DNA of 64,000 nt from Candidatus Omnitrophota bacterium (GTDB taxonomy: Bacteria > Omnitrophota > Omnitrophia > Omnitrophales > Aquincolibacteriaceae): the NCBI GenBank assembly GCA_903884815.1, contig CAISGE010000022.1, positions 19,031-83,030 on the forward strand. The letters run 5' to 3'. This document shows positions 36,530 through 45,845 of the stretch, piece after piece. The first letter of the stretch is position 1, and each line of letters starts with the position of its first letter. Made by a program: the position numbers and the translations under genes. The notes below the pieces were generated by a model. It made no database searches. It saw only the letters and a list, made by a program, of their open reading frames with translations, and was not told the DNA's origin.

Positions 36530-37717
36530 TTAGGCTGCGCAGGTAACTTTGCTGCAACCGCAATTATCTTTAAGCTTCAGTGCTTTGCGGAGCGCGGCCA
36601 CCTTATCGGTCTTTTCCCAGGTGAAACCGGCTTCCGAACGGCCGAAGTGCCCGTACGCGGCGGTCTTGTTGTAAATCGGACGGCGCAGATCAAGCGTCGC
36701 AATAATGCCCCGGGGCGTAAAATCGAAAACCTTCGTTACGGCGTCCGAGATCGCTTCTTCGCTCACTTTGTTCGTCCCAAACGTGTCCACGCGGATCGAA
36801 ACGGGCTTTGCCACGCCGATCGCGTAGGAGACCTGAATCTCACAGCTCGTCGCGAGACCTGCCGCCACGATATTCTTCGCGACATAGCGCGCGAAATAAG
36901 CAGCCGAACGGTCGACCTTGGAAGGATCTTTACCGCTAAACGCTCCGCCGCCGTGACGGCCCATGCCGCCGTAGGTGTCGACGATGATCTTGCGACCCGT
37001 AAGACCGGTATCCCCGTGCGGCCCGCCGACCTCAAAGCGTCCGGTCGGATTGATGAAGATCTTCGTGTTCTTGTCCATGAGATTGGCCGGTATAACTTTC
37101 TTGATCACTTTTTCTGTGAGATCTTTCGTGATGGTCGGAAGAGTCACGTCCCCGTCATGCTGGGAACTCAGGACCACCGCTTCGACACGCACCGGTTTTT
37201 CATTGTCGTACTCAACCGTAACCTGGCTCTTTGAGTCGGGACGAAGGTACTTGATCTTGCCGGATTTCCTAACGGCGGCCAGATAACGGACCAGTTTTTG
37301 CGCCAGCATGATCGGGAGCGGCATGAGCTCTTCCGTTTCATCCGTCGCATATCCAAACATCATGCCCTGATCCCCGGCGCCTCCGGTATCCACGCCCATG
37401 GCGATATCGGGCGACTGGGTATGAAGGGCGATATCGACGCGGCAGGTTTTGTAATCGAAACCGATCTTGGGATCCACGTAGCCGATCTTGCGGATCACTT
37501 CTCGCGCGACCTTCTCGGCATCCACCTTCGTTTTGCTCGTGATCTCGCCGGCAATCGTCAAGCGGTCCGTCGTTGCCAGGCATTCGCAGGCCACGCGCGA
37601 GGCGGGATCTCCCGCGAGATAGGCATCGAGGATCGCGTCCGAGACTTGGTCGCAGACCTTGTCCGGATGCCCTTCAGAAACGGATTCGGAGGTAAAGAAA
37701 TAATGACCTTTTTTCAT
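36530..37717 (-). CDS. metK: S-adenosylmethionine synthetase
   Basis: [31 protein letters not shown] canonical MetK N-terminus. Start at 37717 with an AAGGAG SD. The ORF track's 79-aa upstream extension is rejected. Confidence 0.9.
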   Translation of the reverse strand: MKKGHYFFTSESVSEGHPDKVCDQVSDAILDAYLAGDPASRVACECLATTDRLTIAGEITSKTKVDAEKVAREVIRKIGYVDPKIGFDYKTCRVDIALHTQSPDIAMGVDTGGAGDQGMMFGYATDETEELMPLPIMLAQKLVRYLAAVRKSGKIKYLRPDSKSQVTVEYDNEKPVRVEAVVLSSQHDGDVTLPTITKDLTEKVIKKVIPANLMDKNTKIFINPTGRFEVGGPHGDTGLTGRKIIVDTYGGMGRHGGGAFSGKDPSKVDRSAAYFARYVAKNIVAAGLATSCEIQVSYAIGVAKPVSIRVDTFGTNKVSEEAISDAVTKVFDFTPRGIIATLDLRRPIYNKTAAYGHFGRSEAGFTWEKTDKVAALRKALKLKDNCGCSKVTCAA

Positions 37718-37724
37718 GGTGGTG

Positions 37725-38489
37725 TTACTCCTTTGGATTTGTTGGGGTCTTAACGATGGCGTTGGCTTTCTGATAAGAGTCGAGGTCGCCGATGTCCAAC
37801 CACTTCCCCTTAAGAGAAAAAGCAAATAGGCCCGCTGTTTCAGCCAGCCAACGCATATAATGGCCGGGTTGGTCGATATTATGGCCGCTTGTGATATACC
37901 TGTCAAGCAGGCTCCACGTCTCCTTAGGGAGCCAATAGATGCCGCTGGAAGCAAGCGTGGTCATAGGTTGAGGCGGTTTCTCCTGGAATTCCAGGATTTT
38001 CCCTTCAGAATCGGTCCGGACAAGGCCGTAGCGCTTGGCGAGCTCCTTTTCCCCGACGTCATAGACCGCGATCACGCCGTGCGGTCTTTTCTTTTTTCCG
38101 AAATCCACGAACGAACCCAGATCAAAATCAAAGAAATTGTCGCCCGCAATCACGAGAAGGTCGGACGGCGGCACCTGTTTTGTATTGAGCGTGTAAGCCA
38201 GGTCCCCGATCGCTCCGAGCCGGGTCTCGTTGTTCAGGGTGTGATCATTCACGACCTCGACCGGCCAGGGATATTTTACTTTCATCGCCCAGGCTTCAAA
38301 ATGTCCGGCGAATTTCTGATTGCTCACAAGGTAAACCGCATCAACATCCCCGACCTTCTCGACCCGTTCCAGGATCCACTCCAGGATCGGACGATTCCCG
38401 ACCGGAAGAAGCGGCTTCGGCATATTCTCGGTTAGAGGATAAAGACGCGTCGGGTATCCCGCGCACAGGACAATGACTTTTAAACCCAT
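37725..38489 (-). CDS. Sugar-phosphate nucleotidyltransferase (NTP_transferase domain)
   Basis: 254 aa. [23 protein letters not shown] is the G-x-G-T-R-x(n)-K-P-L motif of sugar-1-P nucleotidyltransferases. Confidence 0.7.
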   Translation of the reverse strand: MGLKVIVLCAGYPTRLYPLTENMPKPLLPVGNRPILEWILERVEKVGDVDAVYLVSNQKFAGHFEAWAMKVKYPWPVEVVNDHTLNNETRLGAIGDLAYTLNTKQVPPSDLLVIAGDNFFDFDLGSFVDFGKKKRPHGVIAVYDVGEKELAKRYGLVRTDSEGKILEFQEKPPQPMTTLASSGIYWLPKETWSLLDRYITSGHNIDQPGHYMRWLAETAGLFAFSLKGKWLDIGDLDSYQKANAIVKTPTNPKE

Positions 38490-38574
38490 AATTCACCTCA
38501 TTTGAGAGAACTGACCGTCAAAAAAAGAAGGGAAGCGCCTCACCAGACGCCTCCATCGATTCAAAGGGGATCTT

Positions 38575-38612
38575 TCCAAAAAGCTTAGATGCTCATCCCT
38601 CTGGATGAGCAT
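38575..38612 (-). terminator. Rho-independent terminator after the SIS-domain isomerase gene
   Basis: On the minus strand, ATGCTCATCC-agag-GGATGAGCAT (10-bp perfect stem) is followed by CTAAGCTTTTT. Confidence 0.5.
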
Positions 38613-38626
38613 AAAACATCGCCCTC

Positions 38627-39616
38627 TTATTTTCTGTCGGGGGAAACCGCATTCTTGATCCGGTCGATCACGCAGATCGACATCGGATCGACTTTGTTAA
38701 GTTTGGCCAATTCACAACTCGCCCAGTCTCCCAGAAGGATCATGGAAAAAAGACGGGCCAGGGCGCTTTCGCCCCGCGCTTTGAACTCCGCGACCTCGGC
38801 ACCCCGCTCCCGGATCGCCTTCATCGCGACCTTTTTCTTTTTCAAAAGCCATTCGGGCTCATTCCGGTCGGTCAGAAAAACCGCGACCGAGCGCCGGATC
38901 TTGAACTCCGGGAAATTCCAGCCTTCGACTTCGTGATGGAACATTTCGGGCAACGCCTCACAAGAAGCGAGCGTCTTCGCGTTCTCCGCGAATTGAGTCC
39001 TCCAACGGAGGGCCACGGTCTGCATGAGACCGCCACCGTAAATAGCAATATTCCGTCCAAAGAGCCGCTCGGCGAGCTTGCGGGCCTGCACTGCCGGAAA
39101 ATGACCGACCTCGCGAAGCACTTCCCGGATCTCCTTTGCGGAAACCGAGAACCACCGGTAGCGCATAAAAAGAAAAAGCAGTGAAAAAGTCGTATAGCCG
39201 ATCGCAAATCTCGGCGGATACCCCTGAGGCAAACGGAAAAGAGGGATCTTTCTCTTCAATGCTTCTTCGGCAAGCCAACCGCCGGACGCCACCACCAGAA
39301 AATGGGCCTTGCGAGCGACGGCCTGTTCAAAGATCGCCGCCACTTCATGCGTGTTCCCCGAATAACTGGAAAGGATCACGATCGTTTTGGAATCGACCCA
39401 GGAGGGAAGACGTGATGTGCGATTCACGGTCCAATGAATTCGCGAGCGGCTTTGCGCGATAGTCCCGAGAATGTCCCCGCTTATCGCGGAACCCCCCATG
39501 CCGCAATATAGAACCTTTTCCGGTCTTTTGATGAATGAGGCAGGAAGACTGATGCCGCCGGCGATCGCCCGCGCTTTCATGATCTGATGGGCCAGATCCT
39601 TCAGATAAACTTCCAT
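38627..39616 (-). CDS. Bifunctional phosphoglucose/phosphomannose isomerase-like SIS-domain protein
   Basis: 329 aa with two SIS-like halves. VLYCGMGGSAISGDILG motif. Confidence 0.6.
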   Translation of the reverse strand: MEVYLKDLAHQIMKARAIAGGISLPASFIKRPEKVLYCGMGGSAISGDILGTIAQSRSRIHWTVNRTSRLPSWVDSKTIVILSSYSGNTHEVAAIFEQAVARKAHFLVVASGGWLAEEALKRKIPLFRLPQGYPPRFAIGYTTFSLLFLFMRYRWFSVSAKEIREVLREVGHFPAVQARKLAERLFGRNIAIYGGGLMQTVALRWRTQFAENAKTLASCEALPEMFHHEVEGWNFPEFKIRRSVAVFLTDRNEPEWLLKKKKVAMKAIRERGAEVAEFKARGESALARLFSMILLGDWASCELAKLNKVDPMSICVIDRIKNAVSPDRK

Positions 39617-41364
39617 TATTCGTCAGCAAGCTCCGCGCAAACATCCTTGAGTTTCGCCTTCAAAAACGCGTAGATCTCCGGGCCGGTGTGCAACGCCAAA
39701 GCCCTTTGGGCAATCGCCTGGGCGTCAACATAGCGAATCGAACGGATAGCCTTCTTAATTTTGGGGAGGGCCACGGGACTCGCGCTGATCTCATCGATCC
39801 CAAGACCGACGAGGAGAATCGCGATCGCGGGATCTGAGGACATCTCGCCGCAGCTCCCCACCCAGATATGATGTCCGTGGCCGTTACGGATCGTCATGTC
39901 GATCAGACGAACGATCGCCGGATGGGTCGGCTCGTAAAGATAGGCGATCTTCTCGTTCATGCGATCGATCGCAAGCACGTATTGGATCAGATCATTCGTC
40001 CCGAGAGAAAAGAAATCCACTTCCTTGGCCAGAACGTCGCTCGCGAGCGCAGCCGAGGGGATCTCGATCATGACCCCGACATGGATCTCCTTATTGAAAG
40101 GCACCCCTTCTTTTTCAAGCTCCGCCTTCGCTTCGTCCAAAACAACTTTCGCGGCGCGAACTTCATAAACACTCGCGACCATCGGGTACATGATCTTCAG
40201 ATCTCCATGGACACTGGCCCGCAAAATCGCCCGAAGCTGGGTCTTGAAAATATCCGTCCTTGTCAGACAAAAACGGATCGCCCGCCAGCCGAGATACGGA
40301 TTCATCTCATGAGGAATTTCAAGGGTCGATGCGAATTTGTCGCCGCCCAGATCGAGGGTCCGGATCACCACCGTGTTCGGACGCATGGCTTCCGCGACCT
40401 TGCGATATGCGTCATATTGCTCTTCCTCGGTCGGGAGCGTCGTCCGGTTCATGTAAAAATATTCGGTCCGATAGAGTCCAACCCCGTTCCCCCCGTGAGA
40501 GATGACGGACGCCGTTTCGTGATGGAATTCGATATTGGCCGCCAGCGTGATACGCTTCCCGTCCAGCGTCTCGGCGGGAAGATCGCGCAATTTATCTAGC
40601 TCGCCCGTCAGCTGATTGAAACGGCTCCCCTGGGAGTTAAATTTGTCGATGGTCGCCTGATCGGGATTAATGACCACGATCCCATGCGTTCCGTCCACGA
40701 TGATCGTGTCATTATCCTGCAGCTCGCCAACAATCTTATCCATTCCCACAATGGCCGGGATCTCCAGCGACCGGCCGAGAATCGCGGTGTGAGAGGTAGG
40801 CCCCCCGATCTCGGTTACAAAACCAAGCACTTTAGTGCGATCCAGGGATGCCGTATCCGACGGCGAAAGATCGTGGGACGCAATGATCACTTTCCCCTCA
40901 AATTCTTCGAGACGCTTTTTCTCTTCCCCGCAAAGATTCCCCAGCAATCGCTTCCCGACATCACGAATGTCCGAGATGCGTTCCTTGAGATATTCATCGT
41001 TGATCTGGGAGAATGCCTGAAAGTAGCGCTGGATAACGGTCGCAAAAGCGTATTCCGCGCCGGCCTTCTCGTTCTTGATCACCTCGATCACATCCTCGAT
41101 CAGAGTGCGATCCTCCAGGATCAAGAGGTGGGCCGTAAAAATGTCGGAGCTCTCCCGGCCGATCTGGCTGGAAAGCTTCCGGCGTATCGTGAGAATTTCA
41201 TTGCGGGTGCGCGTCAGTGCGTCTTCAAAACGCGCGATCTCGTTGGAAATCTGCTCCGGGCCCACGGTCCGCTTCGGAAGATTGAAGGATTCACCGCTAT
41301 GCAGTACAAAGACCTTCCCGATCGCGATCCCCGCCGAAACGCCAATCCCCTGATATTGTTTCAT
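39616..41364 (-). CDS. ptsI: Phosphoenolpyruvate-protein phosphotransferase (PTS Enzyme I)
   Basis: 582 aa. GGPTSHTAILGRSLEIPAIVG phospho-His region and a PEP-utilising C-terminal domain. Confidence 0.9.
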   Translation of the reverse strand: MKQYQGIGVSAGIAIGKVFVLHSGESFNLPKRTVGPEQISNEIARFEDALTRTRNEILTIRRKLSSQIGRESSDIFTAHLLILEDRTLIEDVIEVIKNEKAGAEYAFATVIQRYFQAFSQINDEYLKERISDIRDVGKRLLGNLCGEEKKRLEEFEGKVIIASHDLSPSDTASLDRTKVLGFVTEIGGPTSHTAILGRSLEIPAIVGMDKIVGELQDNDTIIVDGTHGIVVINPDQATIDKFNSQGSRFNQLTGELDKLRDLPAETLDGKRITLAANIEFHHETASVISHGGNGVGLYRTEYFYMNRTTLPTEEEQYDAYRKVAEAMRPNTVVIRTLDLGGDKFASTLEIPHEMNPYLGWRAIRFCLTRTDIFKTQLRAILRASVHGDLKIMYPMVASVYEVRAAKVVLDEAKAELEKEGVPFNKEIHVGVMIEIPSAALASDVLAKEVDFFSLGTNDLIQYVLAIDRMNEKIAYLYEPTHPAIVRLIDMTIRNGHGHHIWVGSCGEMSSDPAIAILLVGLGIDEISASPVALPKIKKAIRSIRYVDAQAIAQRALALHTGPEIYAFLKAKLKDVCAELADE

Positions 41365-41365
41365 C

Positions 41366-41659
41366 CTATTCTCCGAAATTCGATTCGATAAGTTTGGTCA
41401 GCGCTTCCATCGAGGCCACGGCATCCTTGCCGGAGACACGCACTGTAATGGAAGATCCCATCTCCGCCGCGAGCGTCATAATGCCCATGATCGATTTTCC
41501 ATCGATCTTCTGATCTTCCTTTTGAACTTCCACGGAAGACTCAAAACGGTTCGCCGTCTGGACGAAGATCGCGGCAGGGCGGGCGTGCAGGCCCAACTTG
41601 CTCCCGATCACAAAAGTCTTTTCCAACGTTTCCTGTCCGGCTCTTTTCCTGGGGCTCAT
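41366..41659 (-). CDS. ptsH: Phosphocarrier protein HPr
   Basis: KTFVIGSKLGLHARPAAIFV with active-site His. Likely TTG start near 41632, giving ~88 aa. Confidence 0.8.
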   Translation of the reverse strand: MSPRKRAGQETLEKTFVIGSKLGLHARPAAIFVQTANRFESSVEVQKEDQKIDGKSIMGIMTLAAEMGSSITVRVSGKDAVASMEALTKLIESNFGE

Positions 41660-41669
41660 AATAACGGGA

Positions 41670-42929
41670 TCATTCCTTCGTTTGCTTGATATGCTCTTTG
41701 TAGTGTTCCAGGATCAACTTCATGAGAAGCTCCGAATCGTGGCGAACCTGATCGCCCTTCTGGAGAACATCTCCCTGAATGATCCTGTAACCTTTTTCAC
41801 GGATCTTCTCGATATCCAATTTGACCGGCAAGGCGCCCTGCTTCGCGTAGCGCTCAAGCATGGGCTCCGGAATGACCCCCGTATTCAAGAAGCAGGCGTC
41901 CACGATTCTCGGATCCGTATGGTCCAGGATCACGTTCAGATGATCCCAAGCGCTCATCCCGGTAGTCTCCCCGGGCTGCGTCATAGCATTCATGATAAAG
42001 ATCTTGTAAGCATCCGACTGAAGGATGGCTTCCCGGATATCCTGGATCAAAAGATTCGGTAAAATACTCGTATAAAGACTTCCGGGCCCCATAATGATCA
42101 GGTCCGCGATCTCGATCGCGTCGAGCGCCTCCTGGCACGCTTTGCAATCGTCGGGCTGGAGACGAATGCTGCGAAGCGGTTTGCCGAGATCCGTAATGGT
42201 GGTCTCACCCTCCGCCGAGGTGCCATCCATGAACTCCCCCACAAGCGTCACCTTTTCAAGCGTGGAGGGAAGCACCCTCCCGCGAATCGCGAGCACCTTG
42301 CTTGATTCCGCGATCGCCTTCTCAAAATCGCCCGTGACCTTGGAGAGCGCCGTAATAAAAAGATTCCCGAAGCTGTGGCCCTTCAGCCCTTCGCCGAGTT
42401 CAAAACGGTATTGAAAAAGATCCCGGATGAGCGGTCCCGCGTCGGCAAGCGCAACGAGACAGTTGCGAATATCCCCGGGAGGTAACACATCCATTTCATC
42501 GCGTAGACGGCCCGAACTTCCGCCGGTGTCCGTCACCGTCACGATCGCTGTGATGTTACTTGTGAAAACCTTGATCCCCGAAAGCATGGTGCTGAGACCC
42601 GTTCCACCGCCGATCGCCACCACGCGAGGCCCGTGGAGAAGCGACTCGACCTTGCGCTTCTGGTAGACGATATCCACGAGCGATCCGTCCCCGTTGAGAG
42701 GCATCAAAGCGCGAACAAAAATGCGCACCATATTCTTGATCGAGGTATAAATAAGAAAGATCCCGAGGATCAAAAAGGCGGTCGCGAACGAGGCCATCAT
42801 GACGCTCGTCTTGGACATGGTCTTCACGGTCAGAAGCGCCACCAACACAATGAACCCCAGCCCCACAGCGCAGAGGAAAATCCACCGCTTGATGCCAATC
42901 CCCGGATAGAACCACTTGAAAAATTTCAT
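41670..42929 (-). CDS. YvcK/CofD-like gluconeogenesis factor family protein with N-terminal membrane extension
   Basis: VVAIGGGTGLSTMLSGIK core preceded by ~95 aa containing two hydrophobic helices. Only 27 bp separate it from the ptsN stop. Confidence 0.7.
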   Translation of the reverse strand: MKFFKWFYPGIGIKRWIFLCAVGLGFIVLVALLTVKTMSKTSVMMASFATAFLILGIFLIYTSIKNMVRIFVRALMPLNGDGSLVDIVYQKRKVESLLHGPRVVAIGGGTGLSTMLSGIKVFTSNITAIVTVTDTGGSSGRLRDEMDVLPPGDIRNCLVALADAGPLIRDLFQYRFELGEGLKGHSFGNLFITALSKVTGDFEKAIAESSKVLAIRGRVLPSTLEKVTLVGEFMDGTSAEGETTITDLGKPLRSIRLQPDDCKACQEALDAIEIADLIIMGPGSLYTSILPNLLIQDIREAILQSDAYKIFIMNAMTQPGETTGMSAWDHLNVILDHTDPRIVDACFLNTGVIPEPMLERYAKQGALPVKLDIEKIREKGYRIIQGDVLQKGDQVRHDSELLMKLILEHYKEHIKQTKE

Positions 42930-42955
42930 GAGAAGTTTCGCAGCTCAGGCCTGGA

Positions 42956-43420
42956 TCAGACCTTGCGGTTCTCTTCCTTCGCGATCAGATCGAAGATATC
43001 TTTCGGAGTTTTGCACTTCCGGATGAGTTCGCAGAAATAAGTATCACGAAGCAGCCTGGAGATCTGCGCCAAGGCCTTGAGATGCGGCCCCGCGGTATCT
43101 TTGGGCGCCACAAGCAGGAACAGGATGTAGACAGGCTCTCCGTCGAGAGCCTCAAAGTTGACACCCTTGCGGCTCACGCCGAGCACGGCCACAAGCCCAT
43201 CCACCTTATCGGTTTTCCCGTGCGGGATCGCGATCCCCTGCCCGATCCCCGTGGATCCGAGGTTCTCCCGCTCGACCAAAGCACGGAGAATATTCTTTTT
43301 ATCCCCCACGTCCTTGACCTCGGCCAGAAGATCCACCATTTCCTTTAAAATGCCTTCTTTGTCAGTCGCTTCCAGATCGATTTTGATGCCGTTGATATTC
43401 AAAAAATCTGTGATCTTCAT
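42956..43420 (-). CDS. ptsN: PTS IIA-like nitrogen regulatory protein (PtsN/EIIA-Ntr)
   Basis: 154 aa from MKITDF. GIAIPHGK active-site His region. Confidence 0.8.
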   Translation of the reverse strand: MKITDFLNINGIKIDLEATDKEGILKEMVDLLAEVKDVGDKKNILRALVERENLGSTGIGQGIAIPHGKTDKVDGLVAVLGVSRKGVNFEALDGEPVYILFLLVAPKDTAGPHLKALAQISRLLRDTYFCELIRKCKTPKDIFDLIAKEENRKV

Positions 43421-43496
43421 GGATACGCGTCTCCGGTTTGAAAAAGGTTGTGGACCTATCCTGACTCTCATTTTTTAAATTAATGGAAGCCAGGAC

Positions 43497-43539
43497 AGCC
43501 CTGATTTTTATTTTCTTTTTATAAAGGGTAATCAGGGCA
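43497..43539. repeat. Hairpin AGCCCTGATT-(A/T-rich loop)-AATCAGGGC abutting the REP tandem
   Basis: 10-bp inverted repeat flanking an AT-rich 22-nt loop. Its 3' arm runs into the first REP copy. Confidence 0.5.
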
Positions 43540-43623
43540 GCCCCAATCTCAGCTTCGCTTCGATCGATTGGCATTGGGACTGCCCCAATTTCCGCTTCGC
43601 TTCAATTGAAAAGCATTGGGACT
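43536..43623. repeat. Two tandem REP-like elements, family 1, copies C1 and C2
   Basis: cagccccaatctcagcttcgcttcgatcgattggcattgggact followed by gccccaatttccgcttcgcttcaattgaaaagcattgggact. In the hpf-ptsN intergenic region. Confidence 0.7.
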
Positions 43624-44173
43624 AGAAACCAGGCTCGATAAGCCCGTGATTCCCGTCCTTACATTTATGGATTACATTCACGGCGTTGGTATTCTGATTC
43701 ATGAAAACGAGAAATTTTTCCGGGGAGATCTCAAGCTGAAGGCTCGCCTCTTCGACGGACATCGGCTTGGGAGCGAAAGACGCAGAGCGCACGATCTTGG
43801 GGTGATCTTCCGGCAGAATGGTTTCTGCATCGATCATTCCGAACGCGCGGGCGAGCTTCGCCGAGCCCTTGGAGTTTTTTTTGTGATGGCCTTTGGACTT
43901 CGCGCGGAACTTTTTGAGCTGTTTCTCCACGCGCTCATAAGCCTCATCCATCGCGGCAAAGATATTGTCCTTTGCCTGCCCCATCCCGAAGGCGTGAAAG
44001 TCTTTGGCCGCGAGCGTGATCTCCGCGATATAAATATATTTTTCCTTTTTAAGAAACACATGGGCTTCCACGAGCCGGGGGGCATATTTCTCGAACTTCG
44101 GAAGCCGCGCTTCCAAATGCTCTTTCATGCCCTGGGTGATCTTGAGATTCTTTCCTGAAAAACGAATATCCAC
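43622..44173 (-). CDS. hpf: Ribosome hibernation promoting factor, long form
   Basis: 183 aa. MDIRFSGKNLKITQGMKEHLEARL N-terminal YfiA/HPF domain plus a C-terminal dimerisation domain. Confidence 0.85.
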   Translation of the reverse strand: MDIRFSGKNLKITQGMKEHLEARLPKFEKYAPRLVEAHVFLKKEKYIYIAEITLAAKDFHAFGMGQAKDNIFAAMDEAYERVEKQLKKFRAKSKGHHKKNSKGSAKLARAFGMIDAETILPEDHPKIVRSASFAPKPMSVEEASLQLEISPEKFLVFMNQNTNAVNVIHKCKDGNHGLIEPGF

Positions 44174-44233
44174 GGTTATGCCCTCCTTGGGGGTCCTGAA
44201 TGGATTGATGAGAAAAACAAACTCTGCACTAAA

Positions 44234-44959
44234 TTATGCGAGGGTGAACCTTTCTCCAAGATAGATCTCCCTGGCCTTGGCATCGGAAGCGAGGAATTCG
44301 GAAGATCCGGAGACCTCGACCTTGCCCTCAAAAAGAAGGTACGAGCGATCGGTGATGGAAAGGGTTTCGCGGACGCTATGGTCCGTCAGAAGAATGCTCA
44401 GCCCCTGGGCCTTGAGCCGCTGGAGGATCTTCTGGACTTCGAAGACCGCAATAGGATCCACCCCGCTGAAAGGTTCGTCGAGAAGGATCAGCGACGGATT
44501 GGTCACAAGCGCACGCGTGATCTCAAGTCGCCGCCTCTCGCCGCCGGAGAGCGTGTAGGCCTTGCTCTTCGCGAGATACGCGATATCCAGATCGTTCAGC
44601 AGTCTTTTGAGGCGACGGTCCCGTTCTTCCTGAGAGATCTCGAGGGTTTCCAGGATCGCCATGATATTTTCTTCCACGGTCAGTTTCCGGAAAATAGACG
44701 GCTCCTGCGAAAGATAGCCGATCCCGAGGCGCGCCCGCTCGAACATCGGCAGTGCGGTAATATCCTCGCCGCGAAAAAAGATGTGTCCGGTCTCGGGGCG
44801 TATCACCCCGACCACCATGTAAAAGGAGGTGGTCTTTCCGGCGCCATTGGGCCCCAAAAGTCCCACGATCTCGCCCCGCGAGATCTGGATGCTAACTCCG
44901 TTAACGACCGTGCGGCCTTTGTAGCTTTTCGTCAGCTGTTTTGTCTCAAGCAGATTCAT
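44234..44959 (-). CDS. lptB: LPS export ABC transporter ATP-binding protein
   Basis: 241 aa from MNLLETKQLTKSYKGR. GPNGAGKTT Walker A and LSGGERRR signature. Start abuts the upstream OstA-like gene. Confidence 0.85.
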   Translation of the reverse strand: MNLLETKQLTKSYKGRTVVNGVSIQISRGEIVGLLGPNGAGKTTSFYMVVGVIRPETGHIFFRGEDITALPMFERARLGIGYLSQEPSIFRKLTVEENIMAILETLEISQEERDRRLKRLLNDLDIAYLAKSKAYTLSGGERRRLEITRALVTNPSLILLDEPFSGVDPIAVFEVQKILQRLKAQGLSILLTDHSVRETLSITDRSYLLFEGKVEVSGSSEFLASDAKAREIYLGERFTLA

Positions 44960-44960
44960 G

Positions 44961-45845
44961 CTAAAGCACTCCTTTTCCGAGACCCGCCGGGACTTGCCCT
45001 TCATAATAAAGGGCTTCCGTGTCTCCCCCAAGAATGATCCGTCCTTCGTCCGCCAGATAGATCACGCTGTCGGAGTAAGTCTTGTTCCCATCCGGGTTCT
45101 CGATCACCACATCGCCCACAGCCACGATCTTGGCAACCCGACGGCTCACGCGATTGTAATAAACGTCCATTGTCGCCGCCGTAAGTTTCCCGTGTGAATC
45201 CTGGGCCACCACGTTGTCCTTGAAGTGCGCGATATTCTTCTCGTAATCAACCACGAGTGATCCATCGCAAGTGATGGTCGTTGGCCCGCTCGACTTATCC
45301 TCGGTATTCTGGATCACGACAGTGACTTTTTTCTGGAACTTCACTTTTTTGAGGCGTGTATCCGCCCGGGCCCCGGTGCCTTCGACGTTGATATTGTCTT
45401 TTTTGACCTGCGCTTCCAGATCGGTTTCCACGATATGTTCGGAGGGATGCATGTCGAGAGCCTCGGTGACCATCCGCGTACCGTCATCCGTCGTCGCGAC
45501 CACATTTTTCTCGAGATGGATCTTGTTCTCTTTCTTTTTGTACTCCCCTCGATCCGCCGTGACGGTCACAGGGACTTCTTCGGCGTACGCCTTGGCCATC
45601 ACGTTCATAAGCTTGACATTGTTGGACAAAATGTCGGCGGAATCGCCCTCGATCTCGATCTCACGCTGGCCTTCGGCCGTATATTTCGTAAATGAAAACG
45701 AAAAGATCTTCTGCGGTTTTTTCTCAGAGAGCGTTTCCGTCGCGCGCTCAGCATGTTGCTTGCGGGTGATCACCACCTGCACCTGGACAAAAAAGACATA
45801 GAACACCACAAGCGCAGCAAAGATAAAAATAAGACGTTTGATCAT
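44961..45845 (-). CDS. LptC/LptA-like OstA-fold protein with N-terminal TM anchor
   Basis: 294 aa: TM helix then extended beta-jellyroll-like repeats. Position immediately upstream of lptB. Longer than a typical LptC. Confidence 0.55.
   Translation of the reverse strand: MIKRLIFIFAALVVFYVFFVQVQVVITRKQHAERATETLSEKKPQKIFSFSFTKYTAEGQREIEIEGDSADILSNNVKLMNVMAKAYAEEVPVTVTADRGEYKKKENKIHLEKNVVATTDDGTRMVTEALDMHPSEHIVETDLEAQVKKDNINVEGTGARADTRLKKVKFQKKVTVVIQNTEDKSSGPTTITCDGSLVVDYEKNIAHFKDNVVAQDSHGKLTAATMDVYYNRVSRRVAKIVAVGDVVIENPDGNKTYSDSVIYLADEGRIILGGDTEALYYEGQVPAGLGKGVL

Noticed and set aside
2426-43623. Possible CRISPR array among the short palindromic repeats
   Set aside because: The repeat copies are scattered at single loci or as a simple tandem pair with no regular repeat-spacer periodicity. 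No cas genes are present.
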